From positions 1 to 64,000 of the forward strand of contig NIVC01000464.1 in NCBI GenBank assembly GCA_002269645.1: DNA of 64,000 bases, given 5' to 3'. Below, piece by piece: positions 1 through 10,882 of the stretch; position 1 is the stretch's first letter; the number at the start of each line of letters is the position of its first letter. The notes beneath the pieces were generated by a model. The model was not told the DNA's origin, ran no database searches, and worked only from the letters and a program-made list of their open reading frames with translations. Position numbers and translations under genes: made by a program. Origin of the DNA: Macrostomum lignano (taxonomy: Eukaryota).

Positions 1-304
1 GCCCACAAGTGAAGGCACTCGTGACCGTGGGACCGGAAAACGGAATGGCACTCCAAATTTGGAGATGCCAAACAGAGAACTAAACAGAGGCAGGCCAGCC
101 AAGCTGTCTTGGCACTGCAAAAAGAGAAAACGAGACAAAAGGGGCAAACGAGCGACAAACAGACAGGCAGGCAAACGGGCAGAGGACAAGCCAGAGGACA
201 GGCGGGGGGACAGGCAACTGCCCAGCGGCAGACAGAAGCCCAGGGCGAGGGCGAGGGCAACAGCTGCTAGTGCGGCGGCCTAACTAAACTAGCGACTCAC
301 TACA
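1..304 (-). repeat. 3' LTR of Gypsy element 1 (partial)
   Basis: Direct repeat of 9098-9403. The minus-strand terminus TGTAGT is at 304. Confidence 0.9.
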
Positions 305-1295
305 CTCTCCATGTTCAAATAAAGAGGCGGAGTGCAGCGGCGCGCGCTTTATTTAAATCAAATGCAGGTTTAATGCAAATGTCAAATAAAAAGGAACGGA
401 AGTTGAGGCCTAACATAAAATGCTGTTACGTAATTGCTTGGCTGGGCAGGCCACAGAGTTCTCGCCGATACCGCAGGGGCACTGGCCTGCTATCAGAAAG
501 GCGCCTAAATACCGTGTGGGCGCCAATCACTAAACAAGGCGTCTTTCCTGAGCTAGCTCCACACCCAGAGCGAGCAGCTGGAGACTCAAAGGCCGCGACC
601 TGAATAAAATAACTACCGGCCTACAACACTTAACAGGGGCAACCCCCAAAAAGGGGCTGAGCTGGGCAATTCCGTGCAAACCTAGATGCTGGAGAACACC
701 AACATCGCGGCATCAACCAACAACAAAAAGGGGAACTGCGGGCACCGGTCCCTAGGATAAATAGTGGGCCGGCTAAGGCAGAGTCGAGAGCAAGCATGTC
801 TTCCTTTCCGTTTACAGATAGTCCAGCGGAGGGCGAGCCAGGACCGCAGGCAGCTCTGCCTCGCTGCCGCCGAGGTGTCGCATCACGACCAGCGTGGCAT
901 GGTGCGCGGCGTACGGCGCAGCGGCGGCTGCAGATCAGAGCCGCTCAGGCGAACAGCCTCTTCCATAATTGTCATGCGCTCAATGACGGTAGTCTGGCGC
1001 AGGCTGTTCCAGATAGGGCCCGCGAGCACAGCGGGCACGTGTCCATGGCGGGCCGCGCTGCCTAACAGATTACTCGCCAGGCAAGAGGCGGCGGTCAGCA
1101 GCGCCGCTCGTCCGTCATCATCCGGTAGCTCGCTGGTCTGGGTGCCGACATGGACCAGTAGTGGCGGGTCCGCCGGCGTGGGCGGCGGGGCGCGGGGCAG
1201 CTCGCGGCCCAACGCTTCCCGAAGGTCGTCCCACGGGTCGTTCGGCGGGTCTGGATCTCTGTGGCCGCTACTTGGCAGCGGAACGCCGTCGGCGA

Positions 1296-4200
1296 TCAAC
1301 ATCGGCGACTCCGCCTGCGCATAATGGATCCCTGTTGCCGGCGCGTTCCGCGGCCCGGCACTCGTGCCTCGCCAGGATCATGTTGGCGGGCTGCACCCAG
1401 GGCTTCTGGTCCCGCTCCTGAAAAAGAATCAGCAATGTGGCGGCGGACCGCTTGGAGGCCTCGGCTGACCTCCTGCTTCAGTTGGACGTAGGCAAAAGCC
1501 GCGGCCAACCGCTGGGCCATGAGTCGGCGAACACTGCTGATCTCCGGCGGGGAATCAGCCGTTAGATCGATCACTTCAGGGGCTTCAGCCCTGACAGTGT
1601 CCTGTGATCCGCGGCTCCGGCGATGGCGAGTCGCTTCGCCGGCCGTGCTCCCGTCCGCGTCGAGGCGGGCGCTCTGGATGCTCGCGGCCCTCCACTTGGG
1701 CCAATTGGCGAGTGGCGAGAGGCCGGCGCGGAATGCCCATGACCTCCGGGAGGACGGGGTGCCCGGCCTTTGGCGGCTCCGACTGGGCCGGCCCTGGTCA
1801 CTCTCGGATGACGAGCTTGGAGTCGGCTGGTGCTGTCGCTTGTGCATTTCTGCGCTGCAAGGTTTTAATTTGTGCACACGCATGCGGGCGGTGCGACTAA
1901 CGTACGTTTTGGCCCTACGATCGCTAATCAGAAGCCTCTCCGGCGGCCTCCGATCCCTAACTGGCCTACCTACCACTACTGGTATGGGAGACGCTTCCAC
2001 CTGAGTGGTGCAAGAAGGTGGCGCAGGAGACTGCACCGCAGAAAAAGGTTCGGGAAGAGGAGACGCATGGACAGGTGAAAAAGAAGCAGCAGGTGCAGAC
2101 GCATTCAAACCAGGCACACCATCATGGCGATCACCATACGGCAGTGGCTCACGCCGAAATGCACTTGCCTGGTTCGCTGGTGTCGTGACCGGTCCACCTC
2201 CTGGCCGCACATCCGGGATCGCCAACGGCCGGAAGTGCCACCGGAAGGCCAACCATGCGTCATCGTCATCATCATCGTCATCGGGATCGTCCTCCGGGAT
2301 CGGTGTCAGGGTCGCGGGTCCTGCACCGTCCGGGGTATCAGTCGACCTGCGGCGCTTCTTGGCCTTGTCGACTTCTGGATCCGAAGTCAGCTGGTAGTCG
2401 GCATCAGGTACGAGCAGCAGATTCCGGCGATGGACTACTAGCTCGTCGCGTCTGGCCCGCGGGTTTGGCACTCTACGGCGAATCTTGTAGACGACCTCGC
2501 CCTTGGGTTCGACTACCTCGTACAGCGCTTTGCGAGGTCGATGGAACTTCGCCGCTTCATCCGGTTCGAGCACCGGGTTGTTGAGGAAAACCAGGTCACC
2601 AGGTTGGAGCTTCTTGGCGGCGGGCAGGTTCGAGTAGGGCTCGTCGCGCAGCTGCTGGTGCAGATGCAGGCGGTCTTTGGCCAGTTCGGTTGCTTCGTCC
2701 AATCGGCGCTGGAAGTCATTAACATAGTCAGGCAGATCGGCATACTCCGGCAGCTTCTTGATCGCGTTGTCGATTGGTAGTCGAAAATCTCGACCAAACA
2801 CCAGGTAGTGTGGCGTGAAGCCTGTCACCGGGTGTACACTAGAGCGGAGAGCCATCAGACAGGCTGGGAGAAAGGTGTCCCAGTCGTTATGGTTGCGCTC
2901 GAGGAGGCAGGTGAGGACACTCTTCAGCTGCTTGTTGAGGTTCTCGACTTGCCCATTTGAAGATGGATTGTACGGTGTTGTCGTCGTATGCCGGATGCCA
3001 AACAGGTCGCAGAACTTCTTGAAAGCTGAGCCAATGAAATTGGTTCCTTGATCAGTGTGTATCCAGCATGGTAACCAAAGTCAGGGATCAAGCGCTCCTG
3101 CAGGATCTTGATGACCGTCTTGGCTTTCTGGTTCCTCATCGGATAGGCGAACGGGTTCTTCGAATTCGCGTCGCATAGCGTCAAGATGTAGCGGTTTCCG
3201 CTCTTGCTCTTCTGGGCAATAGGGCCTACTACGTCGCAATGTACTCTTCCCAGAACTTCGCACACAGGGAAGCTCTGTACAGGTACTCGGTCTCGTCTTC
3301 GGGATTTACTTTCAAGACAGGCGCGGCACTTACTAATAAAGTTCTCGGTGACACGGGCTAGTCCGGGCCTCCAGAATCGTTCACGTAGCCGCTTCAACGT
3401 CTTCGTCTGGCCGAGGTGTCCACACAGTGGCGAACTGTGGAGCTCCTGGAGCACCTGGGCATCTAGAGCTTCGGGCAGGACAACCTTCGGGGGCTGCTGG
3501 CCATCAGTCAGATCGATCATCAGCAGGCCGTTGTCTTCTCGTAGATTATCGTAATATCCGAGCAGGTTCCGCTGCTCCTTCGTCAGCCGCAACCGGGCGT
3601 CGAACTCAGGCTTCGGGGCTTTGTTCTCGACCAAATTGAGCACATAGCTGATAGCTCGGTCGGCGCGCTGCGCGTCGACAAACTGTTGCCGCGTCATCGG
3701 CAACCTCAGAAAATCGGTGAGCACGGCGCGGCATGGCTGAGGGTTCCGGATTTTTCTTCAGCCTCCGCTTCTGTGGCTCGCAGTTGATCACGCGACTCCG
3801 TCTTGTCGGCGTCAGGATTAGGTCGCTCCGAGGGACTTTGTCTCGCAACGTCGGCGTACAATCGCTGATCTCGTTTCGAAGTTCTCATCGTCGCTCTCTT
3901 GACAGGAATTTCCGCAGCTGGTGCAGTGCACTTGCCTCCACTGCACAGCCCAGGCGACTCTTGGCTGTAAGGCGAGACGCAACACGTGAAGCCCGCCTCG
4001 TCGCAGGCAGCCGTAGCCGTCGGCTCGATCATCGTCGTCATTGGGTGAGTCTTCTCCAGCACTGGGCGGTGTCGCAAAGGGGGACTCGACTTTCCGCACA
4101 GGCGATGAGCAGCTGTCTGTCGGCTCGGGGGACAGAGCGTTGACCTTGCAGCCGTCGCGAGAGTCTGGCCTCTGTCAACACGGCGAGAACTCTCAGCGCA

Positions 4201-6881
4201 AAACTCCGGGGAGTTGAACTTACATTGCTGGTCTGGATTCGTGTTGTGGGCTGTCATCAGTAGAGCTGCTTGTTCAGTGGCCTCTGAGTCGTAGTCCATG
4301 GGCGTCTCCAGGTTCCGAGATCCGCAGTCTTGGACATCATCAAGGAGGTCTACGTCAGCAGTGGCCTCCGAGGTTTTGTCCGGGCGAATCTCCAAGTAAC
4401 GGCAGTCGGCGTGGGCGTCGCTGCGGAGGGCTGAGGTGTCAGTGGCCTCCGGGTTGCTGTCCAAACTGGTCTCCAGGCGTTGACTGCAGTGATGATCGTC
4501 GTGCTGAAGGGCTGCTGGCGCAGTGGCCTCCAGGTCTTCGGCCAGGGCAGTTTCGGCCTCCTTGTTGCGAGTGTGGACCTTCTTCGTGCGGGCTGCTCTC
4601 GCAGTGGCCCCACGTGTGGTGTCCAAGTCCTGCTCCAGGCTGGTGTCATCACCGGGTCGGGCTGCAGAACCGGAGTGCTCCAGCAGTCGGCCATGTTCGA
4701 AGTCAATCGGTGGTGTCTCCGGGCGTCTTGACAGGGCGTCAGCGTTGGCGTGGTCCTTGCCTTTGCGATGGTGAAGCTGGAAGCGGAACTCGCTTAATCG
4801 CTCAATCCAACGGCCCAAGATGCCTGTGACCTGCGTCTGGTTCAGCAGCCACAGCAAGGCCCGATGGTCAGAACGAACTTCAAACTTCTTGCCGATTAAA
4901 TAGTGACGGAAATGTCGCATCGCGTCCACGATTGCAAGCAGCTCTTTCTTCGTGACCGTGTAGCGCTTCTCAGGATCACGAAGTTTCCGACTAAAGAATG
5001 CAATTGGGCGCTCGACGCCGTCGGATTGCCGTTGTCCAAGACAAGCGCCTATGCGAATGTCTGAGGCATCAGTGTCTAGGACAAACTTCACATCAGGATC
5101 TGAGTTAAACTCAGGCAGAGCGAGAACTTCAGTCGAACACAACTTCTTCTTCAACGTGTCGAACGCTACCTGGTGCTCATCAGTCCAATGCTGCCGCAGG
5201 CTGCCGATGTCCTTTCGAGTCAGGGCATGCAGCGGCGCAGCAAATCCAGCGTAGCCGTTGACAAACTTGTGGTAGTAATTGGCGAGGCCTAGGAATTGTC
5301 TCAGTTGAGTAACGGACTGTGGCACGGGCCAATCACGGATCTGCGCAATCTTGTCCTCACAGGTCTTCAGGCCGTTGGGAGTCACGACGTGGCCTAGATA
5401 ATGCAGCTCCTTGAGGAACAAATGGCACTTCTTCGGCTTGACCTTGAGGTTGGCTGCGATAATCCGCTGGAGTACAGTCCGCAGGTTGTCCAGCTGCTCC
5501 TCGAAGGTCACGGAGTGCACCACGATGTCGTTCATGTAGCCAAGCACAGTCTTTGGCGTCAGACCGTCCAGGAGCTTATTGATGCAACGCTGAAAGCTGC
5601 CTGGACTATCGTGGAGACCCATTGGTAGAACATTGAAACAGAATTGTCCGCGGTCAATCACAGAGAACGCCGTCAGGTGCTGATCGCAGTCGCGCAGCGG
5701 GATCTGCCAGAATCCCTGAGCGAGATCCAAGCTAGAGTACCACTGGGCACCACGCAGCTTCGCGAAGGTCTCCTGAATGTGCGGCAGCGGGTACGGGTGG
5801 TACACGCACTTGTCGTTGAGAGCTCTGAAGTCATGCACCAGCCTGATGTTGCCGTCCTTCTTGGGCACTATCAGCATTGGCGAGTTGTAGCTAGAATAAG
5901 CTGGGCGAATGATGTGCTTCGCCAGCATCTCGTCTAGCAGCGCGTCTAGCTTGTCCTTCAGATGAGGCGGGATCCTGCGCGGTGGTAGCGCGACTGGTGT
6001 CCGATCCTTCAGGATGATCTCGTGAGTCACCAGGTGTGTCAGGCCAGCGTCTAGCAGGTGCTTCGAGAAGGCTGCTTGACACTTAACTAGTAGATCTCGC
6101 ACTCTCTGTCGTTGATCTTCGGACAGTTCGCTGTTGATCTCGACTTCCTCTAGCCAAGCTGTGCTGGACTCTTCAGGGCTCCTTGGCAAATTTCGCACTT
6201 CAGGTTCCAGCGTCTCTTCCAGGTACATCAGGTCGGCAGTTCTAAGTGGTGTCGCAACACCAACGCGGATGCCCGACTGCAGGAACACCTCGCAGTCAGC
6301 AGTGTTGACGACCTCGATGTAGCCTCGACCTTCAGGCATCGTCATCAGAGCTGGAGCTGCTTCCAGAGTGTTGCAGCTGGGGTGCAGTCTCGACTTCACC
6401 AGCTCGACGATTGATGGCGATCCTCGGTTCTCGGGGTGGCCGACATCCAACTGGACGGCCAACAGCGCTGAGCTTCTCAGCGGCAGAGTGCACTTCTCGG
6501 AGGTGTACACCCGGCATGATTGAAGCTCACGGCGCGAATAGCAAACGGGAATGCACGCGCCATTGTTGAACTTTAACATTCCTTGAGCAAAGTCCAAGTT
6601 TTGGCAGTGTTCACGCATGAAATTAATACCAAGCAAATTTTCACAATCGATGACCGTGACCAGGAATTCGGTGTCCGCGACGACATCACCGAACTCCACC
6701 GGATGATCACCTTACACGCAAGGGGTAGTTGCGTACCGTCGTACATGGTCACGCAATCCGGGATAGCATGCGATATGATACAACGAGGCATCCGACGTCT
6801 AGCATTGGCCCAGGTCGACGCTCCAAGAAAGTTTTTCCGACTGCCGCTGTCTAGTAGGAAAGGGACTTCTCGGCCCGCCAA
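1296..6881 (-). pseudogene. pol of Gypsy element 1 in several frames: PR 6573-6881, RT-RH 3706-6699, IN 2924-3724 continuing into 1296-2855
   Basis: Motifs LLDSGS, YSSLDLAQGFWQI, YMND (a catalytic D is replaced by N at 5527-5538), LDTDASD..ELLA..SDH..ADALSR, HSSPLCGH..CRAC, CDVVGP, FGRDFRLP and LQPGDLV. Frame changes occur near 6710, 3720 and 3065. Confidence 0.9.
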
Positions 6882-8130
6882 TCGGCCGGTGACGTACGGA
6901 TCAGCCTCACGCGCATGGATTTTTGATCATCGGAGGTGTCCACGAAACCTCCGCACTCAGCCTCACTTACTGATGAGCGACTGTCGGACTGGGCATTGGC
7001 GCCTGTGCAGCCGACATCCTCTTCTTCTGGTGAGCGTTCGGAGTCTGCCAAGTAGCCGGGGCTTGGGCTCTGCGGAGGGCGTTGCCGTGGGCGCTCTCCG
7101 TCTCGCCGTTTCCCTGGTTCTGGCGTAACGGGCACTGTGCATTGCGATGACCAGGCTGACCGCAGCCATAGCAGATCATGGCTTTCGCAGGCGGACTCGT
7201 CTTCTACTGCTGGTTACGCTGCACCAGGTTGTCTAGCAGTCGCTGCTGTTTCTCTAGCAGATCAGTCAGGGCTAGGAGAGCTTGAGCGGTGGCGTCGGGC
7301 GTCGGGTCACCGTCGCGCTCCCCGTTCAGCATGCGAACCGGGGGTTGAGCAGAGCGCTGCACCAGTTCTTTGGCGCCTTCCAGACGATGGAGTTCTCGAA
7401 TAGCGGCTAGCAGATTGTTCGGGCGGACCCAATAGAGCCGCTCGCGCAGATCTGGTGTCGTCCTGATGCCAGCTAGGAACTGATCAGCCAGCTCCCGCTC
7501 TCGATCCTCAGGGTGCATTCGAGGGTACGCTCGCTCTCCCAAGGTGCGCAGGGCATCAGCGTACTCTTCTGCTGACTCGTTCTTGCCTTGCTGACGGCGC
7601 CTCAGCAGCTCTCGATATTCATCAGCGCCACCGTGGCGGGCGAATCTCTCGATCAATCGCTGCTTGACCTCCTCGTAGCCAGCATAGCGTGAGAGGTGCA
7701 TACTGAGCAGAGCCGGGTAAGCAGTCGCCAGATCTAAACTCGCAACGAGGTGCTGCTTCATCTCGATCGGGTCTTCGATATGCTCCATCTCGATCGGGTC
7801 TTCGATATGCTCCATCTCGCAGCGTTGCTCGAACGCGGCGAGCCAGACGTGGATGTCCTGGCTGGGCGTGTACTTTACAATTTTAACAGACTTGCTTACC
7901 GGCCGCTCAATCTGCTGCTGCAGAGCTGCCATCATCGTTCTCACATCCTGGGGCCTGATGTTCTGGCCGAGGTCGTCCAAACCTGGCAGAAGCTCGTCTG
8001 GCGGATCTTCGGACACTTCGCTTCTCGCACTTCGCCGCGGCATCTGCTGACCAAGGTCGTTGACTGCTGCTGCTGCGGCAGCCGCTGCTGCTGCAGGCCT
8101 TGAACTGCTGATATGCTCGTGCTGACTCAA
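6851..8130 (-). pseudogene. gag of Gypsy element 1 with an in-frame TAG before the zinc knuckle and a downstream frameshift
   Basis: The 308-aa capsid-like ORF (8130-7204) ends in TAG at 7206-7204. The same frame continues KTSPPAKAMICYGCGQPGHRNAQC (CX2CX4HX4C). A 27-bp tandem duplication gives MEHIEDPIE twice. Confidence 0.85.
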
Positions 8131-8282
8131 CCGGCTGCTGCACCGGCTCTCTTCTCTCTCGTTAAAAATTTCAAATTAGTAGAATAGCCGAAGTCTTACT
8201 CGAAAGAGCGGTTGTCTTGGGTGTTTCGAAGTCGGATCCTTGACTTGTCGCTCGAATCCCAAATAGTCGTGTCGTTGACTCG

Positions 8283-8497
8283 TCGAATCCCACCGCTGAG
8301 TCACCAATGAAGTATAGTTGTCTTGCCTGTTGTCTAGAGACCTTCTATAGGAGCGCTGCCACCAATGAAGTGTTGTTATATAATTTCCTCGATAGCATCT
8401 AGAGGTGGCCTAGCAGATCTTCTGGCTCTTGGTTGGTGACCTCCAGTTGGCAGTTTCTTAGAAAATAGTTCTCGTAGCGTAGGTAGCGCTGCCACCA
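8283..8497 (-). promoter_or_regulatory. Cluster of three tRNA-Leu-type primer binding site motifs
   Basis: Plus-strand tcgaatcccaccgctg-agt-cacca (8283-8306), cgctgccacca (8354-8364) and cgctgccacca (8487-8497). These match the tRNA-Leu 3' end (...TCGAATCCCACCGCTGCCACCA) as recalled, not searched. Confidence 0.75.
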
Positions 8498-9403
8498 GCT
8501 TCGCAGAGTCGCAGCCTTCGGTGAGGTGCTGAGCTCATAGAAGCAAATAACTAAGACGAGAGAAAGAGACTCGCACTTCGTGCAGATTTAGCAGTTCTCG
8601 CGCAGAGGTGCCCACCGTCAGCAGTCCCTGCCGGGCTGGTGCGGGGTGAGAGCGAAAGTGCTAGCTTCGGGCGATCTGAGCTGGCCTGCTAATTGATAGC
8701 AGGAACAATCAGAGGCAGTCACGCACAAAGTCGGGAGTCTTGGAGTTTAAACTTTAGCACACGCGCTGATCGAAACGGCGGAGAGGAGAAATGAATCTGG
8801 AAAAACGCGGAAACGCAGAAACGCTTGTCTGAGCCAAGCCATGAGAGGGGCCGCATTTATAGGGAGGATCGATTGCACCATAGCACGAAAGGCCCCCGCT
8901 GAGAGTCATAAGTGACTCTGTTGCTATTTTTAGCAACAAACAAGCGGCCCCTGCCTCAGAGGAGGCAAGGGGGGTCCGGGCGCACGTGATCTCCCCATAA
9001 ACACGAGCCCAGCGCACAATGATGAAATCATTGCACTTTGGACTAAAGAAGGAAGAAGGCCTTGTCATGTGACTGACTCACATGACAAGGGGAAAAGGCC
9101 CACAAGTGAAGGCACTCGTGACCGTGGGACCGGAAAACGGAATGGCACTCCAAATTTGGAGATGCCAAACAGAGAACGAAACAGAGGCAGGCCAGACCAA
9201 GCTGTCTTGGCACTGCAAAAAGAGAAAACGAGACAAAAGGGGGCAAACGAGGACAAACAGACAGGCAGGCAAACGGGCAGAGGACAAGCCAGAGGACAGG
9301 CGGGGGGGACAGGCAACTGCCCAGCGGCAGACAGAAGCCCAGGGCGAGGGCGAGGGCAACAGCTGACTAGTGCGGCGCCTAACTAAACTAGCGACTCACT
9401 ACA
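8366..9403 (-). repeat. 5' LTR of Gypsy element 1 (inner boundary 8366, alternatively 8308)
   Basis: Minus-strand termini TGTAGT...ACTTCA form an imperfect inverted repeat, and a PBS follows 1 nt after. The boundary cannot be confirmed by alignment because the other LTR is truncated by the window. Confidence 0.7.
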
Positions 9404-10130
9404 CTAGACATCAATATAAACATATTGAATTCAAAATAAATTAAATTATTGCAAAAAATCAACTCATTTTAGTGACATCTATATTAAGGGGTTTTGTAAA
9501 ATTAATGCATCCCAAAAAATTTTGTGTTTCTTTACTAATTAAAGTTTGTTATCTTTAACAAAAATGCACAAAGTTTATTACTGTTTTCAAGGATAGAAAC
9601 ATTTTAAATATAAAACTGCTATTTTTAGTTTTTAGCTTTGTCTTGTTTCAGTTTTTAGCTTTATTAGTGATTAGTGATTAGCAAATGATATTGGCAATAA
9701 TTTCCACAATCACAATAATAATCCTACCCAACAAAAACAAAATCATGAAATTTCACACATTTGCACAATAAAGGTATTTGTCCAACCTCTAATTCTATCA
9801 ATCTATTTTTTAGCAATCTGGTAGACATAGTAAAGTATCCACCCTAAGCTAGTAAGCCATTTCTCCCATTGCAACTGCAAGTTATACAATTGGCATCTTA
9901 TGCAAAGAACAATATTGTTTATCACCACTAGCCTATTAACTTAAGTATCTAATCTATAATTTTTGGCTTTGTCTAATTTTGCACAGTGTTTAAATTTTTT
10001 TTTAATATTGTTAACACAATATCACTTAAATTTAATGTGGTAGCTAAAGTTTCTTTTCCTTCCTTGAGGTTTGTGGCCTTAGGAGCATTTAGAGTTAAGA
10101 GTGAACAACAATCACTTAACAAGCAAGATG

Positions 10131-10530
10131 GACAGAACTCGGCCTAGGGGGCAGGCCCAATTTGGCTCAGCCAATGAGAGAGCAATAAGGTGAGAGGGTC
10201 AAAGTCACAGAACAGAACTCGGCCTAGGGGGGCAGGCCCAATTTGGCTCAGCCAATGAGAGAGCAATAAGGTGAGAGGGTCAAAGTCACATAACAGAACT
10301 CGGCCTAGGGGGGCAGGCCCAATTTTGCTCAGCCAATGAGAGAGCAATAAGGTGAGAGGGTCAAAGTCACATAACAGAACTCGGCCTAGGGGGGCAGGCC
10401 CAATTTTGCTCAGCCAATGAGAGAGCAATAAGGTGAGAGGGTCAAAGTCACAGACAGAACTCGGCCTAGGGGGCAGGCCCAATCTGTTCAGCCAATGAGA
10501 GAGCAATAAGGTGAGAGGTCAAAGTCAGAC
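10131..10530. repeat. 81-bp tandem repeat, about 5 copies, upstream of DNAJA3
   Basis: Unit starts recur at 10211 and 10292. The unit contains cagccaatgag and gggtcaaagtca. The same family occurs at 51217-51600. Confidence 0.9.
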
Positions 10531-10882
10531 ATAAGAGGGAAAGAGGTAAGTCCAACTGTTTATTGGCCTGGCGCGCCACCCCTTCTCTCTCTTGCTTGCA
10601 ATGCACACGCATTGGATGTGGCTTTTTAAAGTTTTTTAAAGGCTTTTTTGCTGCAATCTTCAGTCTTAAATTGATTTCTTATATAAATAACAGAATGAAA
10701 TTACTCATTTCATGGGTCTGCTTGTTGAAAGCTTCAAAAACAAAATTATTTTAAAAAATTGAATATTTTTTACTATGATAAAGAGGAAAAACGCTCATTT
10801 TGCTACTGAAAAGAGTAGATAAACGCATTTTTCATATAGCATATCTAGAATTCTAAGCCAATAAGTACCAACATGCTTGCAG

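Larger units (their letters stand above)
1..9403 (-). mobile_element. Ty3/Gypsy LTR retrotransposon (gag, PR-RT-RH-IN), disrupted; 3' LTR runs off the window start
   Basis: Bases 1-304 repeat at 9098-9403 (about 7 differences, mostly 1-nt indels). Between them on the minus strand: gag with a CCHC knuckle, protease LLDSGS, RT, RNase H and integrase (HHCC, D,D35E region, GPY/F). tRNA-Leu PBS motifs lie next to the right LTR, and a short purine tract GGAGAG abuts the left LTR. Confidence 0.95.

Noticed and set aside
883-1302. Possible env gene in Gypsy-1
   Set aside because: No signal peptide, furin site or convincing transmembrane anchor. Kept only as an unknown accessory ORF.
764-8143. Plus-strand and alternate-frame ORFs over Gypsy-1 (e.g. 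764-1324, 1519-2004, 6583-7128)
   Set aside because: Antisense shadows of GC-rich coding sequence with no recognisable domains.
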